Positions 9,086-18,843 of a DNA stretch of 64,000 bases are shown here, piece by piece. The stretch is taken from assembly GCA_044222475.1 (NCBI GenBank), contig JBGANF010000006.1:1-64000 (forward strand), in the 5' to 3' direction. Position numbers and translations under genes: made by a program. The stretch's first letter is position 1. The number at the start of each line of letters is the position of its first letter. Under the pieces are notes generated by a model, which ran no database searches, was not told the origin of the DNA, and saw only the letters and a program-made list of their open reading frames with translations. This DNA comes from Polyangiaceae bacterium (GTDB taxonomy: Bacteria; Myxococcota_A; Polyangia; Polyangiales; Polyangiaceae).

Positions 9086-10582
9086 GTGCCAGCCGTGAGC
9101 ACCTTCCCCGAGACCGTCCCCGATCTGCTCGAGTGGCGCGCAGCTCGCGAGCCATCGTTGCCGTGGCTCTTCTTCGAGGGCGAGTCGTGGACGCTCGCCG
9201 ACGTGAAGCGGGAGGTGGACGCGTACGCCGTGGGCCTCGCCGAGCGAGGCGTCGTTCGCGGCGATCGCGTCGCAATCGTGCTCGGCAACCGCCCCGAGAC
9301 GGTCTTCGCGTGGTTCGCGGCCAATCGGCTCGGGGCGATCGCGGCGATGCTCAATCCCGCGCACAAACAGGCCGAGCTCGTGGGGCTCTTGCGGCTGATG
9401 GGCCCCCGCGTGGCCGTGGTCGACGAGCACCGAGCGCTCGTCGCTGCGGCCACCGAAGAGGTCGCGCCGGAGGGGCGCCCCGGAGTCGTGTCGCCAGCCG
9501 ACCTCCGATCGTCGGGATCGCCGCCAGCCGCGATCGTCGAGCCGAACGACGTGTGCGTCCTCATCGCCACGTCGGGTACGACGGGCGCGCCGAAGGCGGT
9601 GATGCAGACCCACCGCACCTACGCGCTCACTGCCGAGTCGTTCCCCGCGTGGGTCGGGCTCTCGAGCGCGGATCGACTCCTCGCGACGCTGCCGTACTCG
9701 CACATCAACGCGCAGGCGTACTCGACGATGGGCGCGCTCGCGTGCGGTTCGCTCGCGATCTCGCGCCGCTTCTCGGCGTCGCGCTTCTGGAGCGAGGCGC
9801 GCGCGCTCGGCGCCACGCAGTTCAACTCCGTCGGTGCGATGATCCACATCCTGCTCCGCACCGACGCCGGCGCGTCGGAGCGCGAGCACGGCGTGCGCGC
9901 GTGCTACGCGGCGTTGGCCCTTCCCGAGGCGCAGCACCGAGCGTTCGAGGAGCGCTTCGGCGTGCGACTCACGGTCGGCTACGGGATGTCCGAGACGACG
10001 TTCGGTACGGTGTGGCCGGTCGGCGTACCACCTCGGTACGGGACGATGGGTCGACTCCGTCAGCACCCGCGGCTCGGTGACGTGAACCGCGCGCGCGTCG
10101 TTCGCGACGACGGCACCGACGCACCGGACGGTGAGGTCGGCGAGCTCTGGCTCGCGAACCCGGGCACGATGGCGGGCTACTTTCGCGATCCCGCGCAGAC
10201 CGCGAGCGCGCTCCACGACGGCTGGCTCCACACCGGAGATCTCGTTCGACGCGACGGCGAGGGCTTCTTCACGTTCGTCTCGCGGAAGAAGGACGTCATC
10301 CGTCGCCGCGGCGAGAACGTGACCGCCGCCGAGATCGAGGGCGTGCTCGCGGCGTTTCCGGGGATCCGTGAGGTCGCGGTCGTCGGCGTGCCCTCGGATC
10401 TCGGGGAAGAGGACATCGTCGCGTGGGTCGCGCCCGAACCCGGCGTGTCGCTCGACGTGGCCGCGCTCACGGCGTTCGCGAAGGAGCGTCTCGCGGATTT
10501 CAAGGTGCCGCAGGCGATTCACGTCCGCGATGCGTTGCCTCGCACCGCGACGGAGCGCATCGCGAAGCATCTGCTCCGGTGA
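9086..10582 (+). CDS. Acyl-CoA ligase, CaiC-like (ANL superfamily)
   Basis: TSGTTGAPKA, GYGMSET, WLHTGD, RKKDVIRRRGEN and PRTATERIAK. Start is GTG 9086 or 9095. Confidence 0.9.
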   Translation: MPAVSTFPETVPDLLEWRAAREPSLPWLFFEGESWTLADVKREVDAYAVGLAERGVVRGDRVAIVLGNRPETVFAWFAANRLGAIAAMLNPAHKQAELVGLLRLMGPRVAVVDEHRALVAAATEEVAPEGRPGVVSPADLRSSGSPPAAIVEPNDVCVLIATSGTTGAPKAVMQTHRTYALTAESFPAWVGLSSADRLLATLPYSHINAQAYSTMGALACGSLAISRRFSASRFWSEARALGATQFNSVGAMIHILLRTDAGASEREHGVRACYAALALPEAQHRAFEERFGVRLTVGYGMSETTFGTVWPVGVPPRYGTMGRLRQHPRLGDVNRARVVRDDGTDAPDGEVGELWLANPGTMAGYFRDPAQTASALHDGWLHTGDLVRRDGEGFFTFVSRKKDVIRRRGENVTAAEIEGVLAAFPGIREVAVVGVPSDLGEEDIVAWVAPEPGVSLDVAALTAFAKERLADFKVPQAIHVRDALPRTATERIAKHLLR

Positions 10583-11197
10583 TCATTTGCTCCACCCGAC
10601 CTCGAGGAACGTCGAGGTCTCGAAGTACGCGTAGATCTCGGGTCCTTCGCCGCCGAACATGTAGCTGCCGCGCAAGCAGAACATGAAGAACGCGGGATGA
10701 ACGCCGATGCACGCGCTCGTCTGCGGACCGGCGTTGAGGCTCTGCGGGTTGAACGCCGGGCCCAAACCGAAGCGCGTCATCCCGAGGCCGCGCGAGATCG
10801 CGATCATCGCTCGAGCCTCGGCGTAGAGCGGTCCGAACGTGTCCCCGTTCTGATGGTTCGACGTTCGGTAGATCGACCAGCCGACCGCACCGCCGAACGC
10901 GCGCAGCGGGCCATCGTCGAACCAGCTTCGCCCGCTCGCTCGCAGCGAGTACGGAAAGAACCCGAGCTCTGCGCCGAACACGCCGCCGATGTTTCGCGAT
11001 TGACCGAAGATCCCTTCGGTGGCGGCGCCGTAGAAGGCGATGCCGCGTCCACCGGGATCCGCCGGCGTCTCGACGCGCGTGAGCGGGGCCGGTGGCTTCT
11101 CCAGGTCGACGATGCCGGGCGCGTTGCGCGACGTCTGCACGCGGAACATGCAGCCGCTCGCGAGGAGCGCGACGCAGGCGACGAGCGCTCGTCTCAT
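10583..11197 (-). CDS. Hypothetical lipoprotein with a beta-strand-rich C-terminus
   Basis: Start MRRALVACVALLASGC (lipobox). ATGA coupling to the upstream gene. Confidence 0.75.
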   Translation of the reverse strand: MRRALVACVALLASGCMFRVQTSRNAPGIVDLEKPPAPLTRVETPADPGGRGIAFYGAATEGIFGQSRNIGGVFGAELGFFPYSLRASGRSWFDDGPLRAFGGAVGWSIYRTSNHQNGDTFGPLYAEARAMIAISRGLGMTRFGLGPAFNPQSLNAGPQTSACIGVHPAFFMFCLRGSYMFGGEGPEIYAYFETSTFLEVGWSK

Positions 11198-11634
11198 TGC
11201 ACGAGCCCGTTCTCGAGCAGCTCGAGCGCGAAGGTCGTCGTCTCTGCGCCGCGGCGCAGGGAGAGCGTGGCTCGACGTTCGCCGGCGTTGAACGACGAGT
11301 TCGCGTCGAACGGGAGGGGGAAGTACATCTCGACGCGGATCCCAGGCGCGAGCGTCGGCATCGTCGGCGGCTTCGCCCGGGACACCTCGCGTCCCTCGAC
11401 GGCGAGCACCACGTCGTCGAGCGCGAGCGCGCACGTCGTCTCGCCGCCGTCGAAGACGATCGTGACGCCGATGCCCGTCTTGCCGGTCTTCACGACGACG
11501 GGCGTCGCCTTCGCGCACTGGAACGGCGTCTCTCGCGCCGCGGGCGCGGCTCGCCACGCCGGGTAGAGCCGGCTGTGGTACGACCACGCGCACGCCGTTG
11601 CGCCGAGCGCGAGCAGGGTGACGAACCGCTTCAT
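11194..11634 (-). CDS. Hypothetical lipoprotein
   Basis: Start MKRFVTLLALGATAC (lipobox). ATGA coupling at both ends. Confidence 0.75.
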   Translation of the reverse strand: MKRFVTLLALGATACAWSYHSRLYPAWRAAPAARETPFQCAKATPVVVKTGKTGIGVTIVFDGGETTCALALDDVVLAVEGREVSRAKPPTMPTLAPGIRVEMYFPLPFDANSSFNAGERRATLSLRRGAETTTFALELLENGLVQ

Positions 11635-12488
11635 GGGGCGGCCATCGCGGTGAGGCAGCCCGGGATCAGTGCGCTGCCTGCTGGCCGCTGCTCTTCGGGG
11701 TAGCCGTCGGGACGCTCGTACGACTCGACCAGGCCTTTCGGCGGCGGGACGCAGCCGATGGGGTACGGCGTGAAGAGCGTGATCGCGACGTCCACGGCGC
11801 GGCCCGGGTCGACCGATACGACGGAAGACCGACCCCGGATCTGCGCCGTGACCCGATCGGACTGCGATGCGTCGAGTGATGCGACCAAGGTGACGTCGCA
11901 GCGGAGGCCGGTGGGCTCGTCGTGGACGAGGTGGGCGTGGACGACGACCTCGCCGCCTTTGGGCTCGATCCCAGCGACCGTGAGCTTCACGCAGCGGCGC
12001 GGCGCTGCGACCGCGGCGACCGGCGCTTGCGGTGGCATCGGGTGGTGCTGCGCCGACGTCGCGATCGACGCGAACGCGCACAGCGCTGCCGCGATGCGAT
12101 CGCGCCAGCGAGCGACGTCGGCGAGGCTCATCGGAGCGGCGTGCCGCGCGCCCAGCCACAGCATCGGGAGCGCGACGAGGTCGGTCGGGTCGCACGTCGT
12201 CTCGGCGACGTGGAGCGACACCCACGCCGCGGCGCCGGGCAGAAGTTTGCAGAGTGCAAATACTGCCGCGCCGGCGATGGCGCTCCCGCGCGCGACGAGG
12301 GCGCTGCGACGTCCAGCCAGCGCGCCGGCGAGGATCGGGAACAGGAAGAGGCCGGCGAAGTCGCTGAGCTTCCCGGTCAACGTCGACGGGCAAACGTGCT
12401 TGAGCACGTGATCGTTGAGCACGAGGACGAACAGCGCAGCCAGCGCTGGAAGCGAGAACACACCGCGTCGGCCGAGCATGAGTCCCAT
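11631..12488 (-). CDS. Hypothetical membrane protein
   Basis: Several TM segments and the motif LNDHVLK..TGKLSDFAGL..CDPTDL. Confidence 0.75.
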   Translation of the reverse strand: MGLMLGRRGVFSLPALAALFVLVLNDHVLKHVCPSTLTGKLSDFAGLFLFPILAGALAGRRSALVARGSAIAGAAVFALCKLLPGAAAWVSLHVAETTCDPTDLVALPMLWLGARHAAPMSLADVARWRDRIAAALCAFASIATSAQHHPMPPQAPVAAVAAPRRCVKLTVAGIEPKGGEVVVHAHLVHDEPTGLRCDVTLVASLDASQSDRVTAQIRGRSSVVSVDPGRAVDVAITLFTPYPIGCVPPPKGLVESYERPDGYPEEQRPAGSALIPGCLTAMAAP

Positions 12489-12522
12489 GAGAACGCGCCC
12501 TCGCCCCTCACCTTACACGGGC

Positions 12523-14205
12523 TCAGAGCGGCTTGCCGTGCCCGGGACCGAGGATCTCGAGGACCTTCGACGTCGCGTCGAAGGTGTGGACGTGCGGCGG
12601 GTGGTGGCAGCTCGCGCAGAGGTCGGTGCTCGGTCGCGGCACCGGCACCGGCGTCTTGCCGTCCTTGGCGTGCTTGCCCGAAGGACCGTGGCAGACCTCG
12701 CATTGCACCGCGTCGAGCTTCTCGACGTGAGTGACCGTGCTCCCGCCCGGGCGATCGTAGCCGGTGACGTGGCAGCTCACGCAGTCGAGGTTGAACTCCT
12801 TGAAGCCGGCTTGGAGCGTCTTGTAGGCGCCGGCGTGGGCGGTCTTGTCCCAGACCGCGCGCGGTCCGGGGTGGCACTTCGTGCACGAGTCGATGCCGGA
12901 GTAGAACGCGCCGTCGGCGGCGGGCGGCGCGGGGAGCTTGTTCGCGAACGCGACGCGGTTGCCGTCGTTCACTTTCTTGTAATATGCAAGTAGTTGCTCG
13001 TGGACGGTCTTGTCGCTGCCGAGCTGGTCCCGCACTTCTTGGAACGTGATGCGGAAGTAGCTCCCGCTGGTCGGCGCGGGCTTCTTCTCGAGATCGGAGA
13101 GCTCGCGCTCGAGCTTGTGGAGATCGGCGTTGCGCGCGTCGATGTCCTGAGCCGAGACCTTTCCGCTCTTCTCCCAGTCGGCGATCTTGCCGCGGAGCTC
13201 GTCGATGCGGCGCGTGAGGTCGGCGCGCTTCTGCGCGTCGCCCAAGCCCGTGCCGTCCTTGAACTTCATCACGCCGTCGCGGACGAACAGATCGAGCACC
13301 GCCACGGTCTGCAGGTGGTTGCCGGTCTCGATGACGAGCACGTCGCCCACGAGCTCGGGGGGGGGACTCTCGGTGTTCTCTTCCCCGCCACCGCCGGTGG
13401 AGCCGACGAGGATCGCGGTCGCATCGGGGACGGCGTCGGCGAGTCGCTTCGCTTCGCCCCGACCGACGGCCGCGAGCAGGACGATGATCGACGCACCTTG
13501 CGACTTCAGGCTCGCGACGTCGGCCTTGACCGCTTCGACCGGCGGATCGAACGCGAGCGCTCCGAGCGGCTGCCCTTCGAGCGCTTTGTCGGGTGCGGCG
13601 ACGCCGATGAACCCGACCTTCGCGCCGTGCGCCTCGCGCACGACCGGTCCGCGCCAGGTGGCGGGCGCGCCTTTGGCGTTGGCGGCGAGCACCGCGGCAC
13701 CCGATTGCGTTGCGAGCTCGACGAACGTGTCCTGGCCGAGCGCCCAGTCGTTGCGACCGGGCGCGAAGGCCGTCAGATCGAGGCCCTTCAGCGACGCGGC
13801 GAGGGTCTCGGCCTTGGCGCGCTCTTGGGCCTTCTTCTCTTCCTTGAGGGTCGGATCGAGGAAGAAGAGGGGGCCGGATGCGACCAAGAACTCGTCGGCG
13901 GGGGCGTTCTTCGCCGTCCGCTGCGCGTTCCGCCAAGCCGCCATGTGATCGAGCCCGCCGAGTTGATCCTTCACGCAGCCGCACGGCTCGAGCGCGCCGG
14001 CGAAGTCCGAAACGAGGTAAAAACGCATGGTCGGCGGGCCATCGTCGGTCGTCTGCGGAGGCTTCGGCGTACCCGAAGGATGACAGGCCTCGCATGCACC
14101 CAGCGCACCTGCCAAGCAGAGCATCGCTCCACCGAGCATCGCGCGGATCGCGAAACCTTGCCTTTTCCGTCCCGGGGCGGGATCCTTGTCGATGGGTAAC
14201 CGCAT
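12523..14205 (-). CDS. Multiheme cytochrome c lipoprotein with an N-terminal UshA/5'-nucleotidase-like domain
   Basis: Four C-terminal CxxCH motifs (CTKCH, CVSCH, CEVCH, CASCH). N-terminal SDFAGALEPCGC...GGL motif. Purine-rich RBS (GGGAGGGAG) before ATG 14205. Confidence 0.85.
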   Translation of the reverse strand: MRLPIDKDPAPGRKRQGFAIRAMLGGAMLCLAGALGACEACHPSGTPKPPQTTDDGPPTMRFYLVSDFAGALEPCGCVKDQLGGLDHMAAWRNAQRTAKNAPADEFLVASGPLFFLDPTLKEEKKAQERAKAETLAASLKGLDLTAFAPGRNDWALGQDTFVELATQSGAAVLAANAKGAPATWRGPVVREAHGAKVGFIGVAAPDKALEGQPLGALAFDPPVEAVKADVASLKSQGASIIVLLAAVGRGEAKRLADAVPDATAILVGSTGGGGEENTESPPPELVGDVLVIETGNHLQTVAVLDLFVRDGVMKFKDGTGLGDAQKRADLTRRIDELRGKIADWEKSGKVSAQDIDARNADLHKLERELSDLEKKPAPTSGSYFRITFQEVRDQLGSDKTVHEQLLAYYKKVNDGNRVAFANKLPAPPAADGAFYSGIDSCTKCHPGPRAVWDKTAHAGAYKTLQAGFKEFNLDCVSCHVTGYDRPGGSTVTHVEKLDAVQCEVCHGPSGKHAKDGKTPVPVPRPSTDLCASCHHPPHVHTFDATSKVLEILGPGHGKPL

Positions 14206-14255
14206 GCGAATCTCCCTCCCTTCTAGCGAAGCAACGGCGACGTAGAAAGCTTCCG

Positions 14256-16208
14256 ATGGAGATCGGCCCCTACCTCCTGGATACCCGGCTCGCCGTAGGG
14301 GGGACTGCCGAGGTGTACCTCGCGCGGAAGGCCGGCGCGGCAGGGGCACCTCGGGTGGTGCTGAAGCGGCCGCTGCCCGATTTCCTCGCCGACGAAGAGG
14401 GGCGGGCGATGTTCGTCGAAGAAGGTCGCCTGCAAGCGGCGATCGACCACCCGAACGTCGTCCGCGTCCTCGATCGAGGGGCCACCGCCGAGAACGAGCT
14501 CTACCTCGTGCTCGAGCACGTCGATGGGATCGATCTGTTCCGGCTCCTCCGTCGCGCGCGCCTCGATGCCCGGCCGATCGACCCCGGGCTCACGGCCTAC
14601 GTCGGACACGAGATCGCGGCCGGCCTCGCCGCCGTCCACGCCGCGACCGACGAGCAGGGCCAGCCGCTCAAGATCGTCCACCGCGACGTCACGCCCTCCA
14701 ACGTCTACCTCTCGCGCGACGGCTCGGCGAAGATCGGCGACTTCGGGATCGCGCTCGGCGCGCGTGGTCGGGCCGGCATCGCACCGAGCGCGGTGCTCAA
14801 GGGGAAGTACGCGTACCTCGCCCCCGAGCAAGTCTCCGCGGAGCCGGTCGACGCACGAGCCGACATCTTCAGCCTCGCGACCGTCCTCGCCGAGATGGTC
14901 CTCGGCGAGCCGCTCTGGCCCGGTGGTGGACAGCTCGCGGTGCTGCTCGCCATCCGCGAGTGCCGGATCGATCCGATCCACGCCGTCAAGAATCGACTGC
15001 CCCCGGCGCTCTACGCCACGCTCGTTCGCGCGCTCGCGCGCGAGCCGAACGCCCGCTTCCCCGACGCGGCGTCGTTCGCAGCAGCGCTCGCCCCGCTCGT
15101 CCCCGCGGACGCGAAGAAGAAGCTGAGCGCGCTCGTGGGGAGCGCGTTGAGCGCTCGCTCCGAGGCGTCCGTCGCCGCGGTCCGCATCGAGGATCTCCCG
15201 GGCAACGAACCGCCGATGCGCGAGGAGCGACCCACCGGCGAGTACTCGACGCTGCCGTCCTTCGCGCGCACCACTCGGGGCGAGCTCCTCGGTCCTTGGA
15301 CGTTCGCGGCGCTCGTCGAGCAGATCGCGACTGGCGCGATCGGTCGCGGTGATCGCGTCGACTACATGGGCCGCGGCTACCAGTCGATCGAGTCGATCGA
15401 GGAGTTGGTTCGCTTTCTCCCGGCGCAGACCCCGGCGACGAGCGACCTGCAAGGCGCGATCGAGCCCGACTGGACGATGGAGCTGCGCGACGGCTCGGCC
15501 CTCGAGGCGATGCTGACCTTGGTCGAGACCGGCGGCGAGGGTCTGCTCATCGCCGATCGCGAGCAGCAGGCGGGCGAGCGCGGAGGACGAAAGGAGCTCT
15601 ACATCGTCTCGAGCAAGCTCCACCACGTCGCTTCGACGAACGCGAGCGAGCTCCTCGGCGAGTACCTCGTGCGTCGCGGGAAGCTCTCGCGCGCCGAGCT
15701 CGACATGGCGCTCGCCGTGCTTCCGCGGAATCAAGGGCGCATGGGCGACACGCTGATCTCGCTCGGGCTCGTGAGCTCGGTCGACGTGTTCCAAGCCATC
15801 CGCGAGCAAGGCCGTGATCGCGTCGCCGACCTCTTCATGTGGAAGCAGGGGAGGGCGGCGTTCTACAAGCACCAGCGCGCTGCCCACGTGGAGTTCCCAC
15901 TCGACATCGATCTCCCGAGCCTCATCCTCGCCGGGATGGAAGCGGCGGTCCCGGGCGAGACTGCGCTCGAGAAGTACCGCGGCCGCCTGCACGACGTCGT
16001 GGGCCCGGGGCCGCGCGATCGCGCGAAGCTCGCTGCCACGCGGTGGCCGCCTCAGGTGGCGGCCGTCGAGGCGCTCGCTCGGCGACCGCGCCGCTTGTCC
16101 GAGCTCCTGTCCGATGCGACCCGCGGCGGGCAGAACACCGCCGGTAGCGTGCTTCGGGTCCTCGAGATCCTGATCGCCGCTCGCGTCGTCGCGCTGACGC
16201 CGCGTTGA
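14256..16208 (+). CDS. Ser/Thr protein kinase with a C-terminal DUF4388-like domain
   Basis: GGTAEVY, VLK, HRDVTPSN, DFG and APE. The C-terminus has LGEYLVRRGKLS. Confidence 0.9.
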   Translation: MEIGPYLLDTRLAVGGTAEVYLARKAGAAGAPRVVLKRPLPDFLADEEGRAMFVEEGRLQAAIDHPNVVRVLDRGATAENELYLVLEHVDGIDLFRLLRRARLDARPIDPGLTAYVGHEIAAGLAAVHAATDEQGQPLKIVHRDVTPSNVYLSRDGSAKIGDFGIALGARGRAGIAPSAVLKGKYAYLAPEQVSAEPVDARADIFSLATVLAEMVLGEPLWPGGGQLAVLLAIRECRIDPIHAVKNRLPPALYATLVRALAREPNARFPDAASFAAALAPLVPADAKKKLSALVGSALSARSEASVAAVRIEDLPGNEPPMREERPTGEYSTLPSFARTTRGELLGPWTFAALVEQIATGAIGRGDRVDYMGRGYQSIESIEELVRFLPAQTPATSDLQGAIEPDWTMELRDGSALEAMLTLVETGGEGLLIADREQQAGERGGRKELYIVSSKLHHVASTNASELLGEYLVRRGKLSRAELDMALAVLPRNQGRMGDTLISLGLVSSVDVFQAIREQGRDRVADLFMWKQGRAAFYKHQRAAHVEFPLDIDLPSLILAGMEAAVPGETALEKYRGRLHDVVGPGPRDRAKLAATRWPPQVAAVEALARRPRRLSELLSDATRGGQNTAGSVLRVLEILIAARVVALTPR

Positions 16209-16212
16209 TGCG

Positions 16213-18807
16213 TCAGGTGTAGGCGAGCTCCGCTGCGGCCGACCCGAACTTCTTCGCGTCGAGGTTGGACCGCTCGAGCAGGACGTGGACGAGCCCGTGG
16301 CCCCAGTAGCCGAACGCCTCGTCGAAGGCCTTGGGCGCCTTCATCGACGCATCGAGCTGGACGAGGACGATGATCTCCGCGGTGCTCACGATCTCGCCCT
16401 GGAGGTTGCTCGGCCACCCGAGGAGACGTGACGTCGAGGATCCTTTCGGATCCTTCGAGTGGATGGCCTCGTCGAGCTTCCGCAGAGCGTCTTCGTCGGC
16501 CTCGCTCAGCTCGGCGAAGGCGCCGAGGTACTCGACGGAGGGCAGGGTCCACGTCGGGTAGAAGCTCATCGCGACCTCCGGGAGCTGCGCGACGAAGTCG
16601 TCCTCGTCCTTGCGATCGACCAGGTCCTCCGGCCAGTCGAGGCGCTTCGTCTTCTTCGGGTCCTCCGTGAAGACGACGCGGCTGTCTGCGATCTCGTCGG
16701 GTGAGGTGTCGCAGAAGAACGAGAGCAATCCCTTTTTGGGAAACAATCCTTCGAGATCGTGGGCGGCGACGTCGGCGAGGTTCACCTGAAAGAGCAGCGG
16801 CAGGAACCGATCGCTTTCGCCCTTGAACGTCGGCCACTTCCCGTCGAGATCGGCTCGCCCACCCGCCTTGGTCGAACCGACCGGCGCGGACGTCGGTTTG
16901 CCGAGCTCGAAGCCGATCGACGGCCGGAGGAACGCGAAGAGCGCCGCCTCGGGGATGCCAGCGACCTTCGTCGACCGAACGGCGTCGGCCACGTGCTTCG
17001 GGATTTTGGCGAGGGGGACGAACGGCTTGGTGGGAAGCGGCTTCAGCTTGCGCGGCTTCGGCTTGGGCGCCGGTTTCGGCGCCTCTTTCGGAGTCTCTTT
17101 CGCCGGCGCGCCCTTGGCCGCAGCCCCGAGCTTCCCGATCGCGCCGCCCTTGCAGTGGAACACCGCGCCGCCGGCGGCGATCCAGAGCGTGCCGTCCTTG
17201 CCGAGCGCGAGGCGCTCGACGTCCTCTTCTTCGAGACCCGAGTCCTCCGGCTTGAAGATCTTCGTCGAGCCGTCGGGCGAGAGGCGAAGAAGTCCACCGT
17301 ACGACATGCCGACCCACAGCGTGTCGCCGTCGACGCAGAGGCACTTCACTCCGTCGGGCGTCTTGGTGAACGTCGTCTTTCCGTCGGTCCCGATGCGGGT
17401 CACTCCGCGCCACGCGCCGGCCCAGAGGACGTCACCGTCGGCCACGAGGACGTTCACCGCGCTCAGGTTGTCCTTCTCCTTGCTGGCCTTCCAGCGCTTG
17501 CCGTCGGGGTACACGACGCCCTCTTCGGTGCCGAGGAGCATGCGGTTCTTCGAGTCGAACGCGAGGCAGTTCGTCTCCAGCCCGGCGGGAAATTCGTTCC
17601 CGGCAGTGAGGACGGTGAAGGCCTTGCCGTCGAATACCGAAATGGGACGATCGACCTTCTCCTCGCCCCCGTACCCCATGACGTGCGCACGGCCGATGCG
17701 ATCGACGAACATCTCGGTGATGTGAGCGTCGTGGAGCTCGGAGTCTTCGGTGGTGTAGAGGCGCCACGCGCCGGAGGTGTTCGTGACCAGGCCCCAGTTG
17801 GTCGAGAAGTAGACGGTGCCCTTCGGTCCCGCCGCGATCGTGTCGACCGAGAAGCTCTCTTCGAACTCGTAGGTGGTGACCTGCTTGCCGTCCCAGCAAT
17901 GCACACCGTCGTTGCCGCCGATCCACAGGTTGCCATCTCCATCGACGCCGATCGCGCCGCCATCGACGTCGACGTCGGCCGGCGCGGTCTTCCGCTTCTT
18001 CGGCTTCAGCGCGCGGCCGTCGGTCTTTTCGAGGCCCTTCGCTCCGTATTTCTTCAGGAGCGCGCGCACGGCGAGGTTGGAGCCGGCGAGGTACGGCGTC
18101 GTTCCTTCCGCGTCCTTCGGCTCCACGTCGGCGCCGCGCTCGAGAAACAGCGCGACGAGGTCGGGGTCGCCCAGGCTGCACGCGTGGTGGAGCGGCGTGC
18201 GCTTCTGCTTGTCGCGGTCGTTCACGTCGGCGCCGGCGTCGAGGATTCGCTTCGCGACCGCCACGTGACGCACGGAGTGCAGAATGCCGCGACCGTACTC
18301 GTCGCGGTCGTCGAGCTTGGCTCCGGCGTCGAGCAACATCCCGACGATGTCGGCGTTCTCGCGCGCGACTGCGTCGAGGAGCGGCGTCGTCTTGATGCCG
18401 TACTTCTTCGAGACGACGACGTTGACGTCCGGCCCCTTGGCGAGCGCCGCCTTCACCTTGGGCACGAGCCCGAGCTCGATCGCGCGTAGGAGCGCCTTCG
18501 CGTCCGCGGGGGAGAGCTTCTTCTTCGGTCCGCCGCTCGGCGCCGCCTTCGTCTTCTTCTCCGGCGCGGCCTTCGCCGCCGGCTTGGTCGTCCCGCCTCC
18601 CTTGCCGTCGACGTACCCCTTCTTGAGCTTCGACGCGACGAGGGACTCCGCCTCCTTCGCGCACGCCGCGTCGCTCGCGAGCTTCTTGGTCTGCGTCTGG
18701 CCCTGAGTACCGATGCGGCCGAAGGTGACGGTGAGCGCCTTGCCTTCGGTGGAGATGCTCCAGAATTTGCGCGAGCTACCGTCGTCGAACACGAGCGTTC
18801 GTTTCAT
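16213..18807 (-). CDS. WGR + ankyrin repeats + beta-propeller + DUF1963/YwqG-like multidomain protein
   Basis: SRKFW..FGRIGTQGQ...KLKKGY (WGR); TPL...GA(D)VN ankyrin repeats; repeated D..G.LW.G blades; TKAGG..PLLFQVNL..GLLSFF..RLLGWP (DUF1963-like). Confidence 0.85.
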   Translation of the reverse strand: MKRTLVFDDGSSRKFWSISTEGKALTVTFGRIGTQGQTQTKKLASDAACAKEAESLVASKLKKGYVDGKGGGTTKPAAKAAPEKKTKAAPSGGPKKKLSPADAKALLRAIELGLVPKVKAALAKGPDVNVVVSKKYGIKTTPLLDAVARENADIVGMLLDAGAKLDDRDEYGRGILHSVRHVAVAKRILDAGADVNDRDKQKRTPLHHACSLGDPDLVALFLERGADVEPKDAEGTTPYLAGSNLAVRALLKKYGAKGLEKTDGRALKPKKRKTAPADVDVDGGAIGVDGDGNLWIGGNDGVHCWDGKQVTTYEFEESFSVDTIAAGPKGTVYFSTNWGLVTNTSGAWRLYTTEDSELHDAHITEMFVDRIGRAHVMGYGGEEKVDRPISVFDGKAFTVLTAGNEFPAGLETNCLAFDSKNRMLLGTEEGVVYPDGKRWKASKEKDNLSAVNVLVADGDVLWAGAWRGVTRIGTDGKTTFTKTPDGVKCLCVDGDTLWVGMSYGGLLRLSPDGSTKIFKPEDSGLEEEDVERLALGKDGTLWIAAGGAVFHCKGGAIGKLGAAAKGAPAKETPKEAPKPAPKPKPRKLKPLPTKPFVPLAKIPKHVADAVRSTKVAGIPEAALFAFLRPSIGFELGKPTSAPVGSTKAGGRADLDGKWPTFKGESDRFLPLLFQVNLADVAAHDLEGLFPKKGLLSFFCDTSPDEIADSRVVFTEDPKKTKRLDWPEDLVDRKDEDDFVAQLPEVAMSFYPTWTLPSVEYLGAFAELSEADEDALRKLDEAIHSKDPKGSSTSRLLGWPSNLQGEIVSTAEIIVLVQLDASMKAPKAFDEAFGYWGHGLVHVLLERSNLDAKKFGSAAAELAYT

Positions 18808-18843
18808 GCGTTCCCCGTCGTTCCCGTTTTGGGTGGTTTTTCG

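Noticed and set aside
12246..12990. Second palindrome TTGYA-N3-TGCAA at 12246-12260 and 12976-12990
   Set aside because: Only two copies were seen, too few to separate from chance without a genome-wide count.
13975..13983. Possible selenocysteine in the UshA-like motif
   Set aside because: Both codons are TGC. There is no in-frame TGA.
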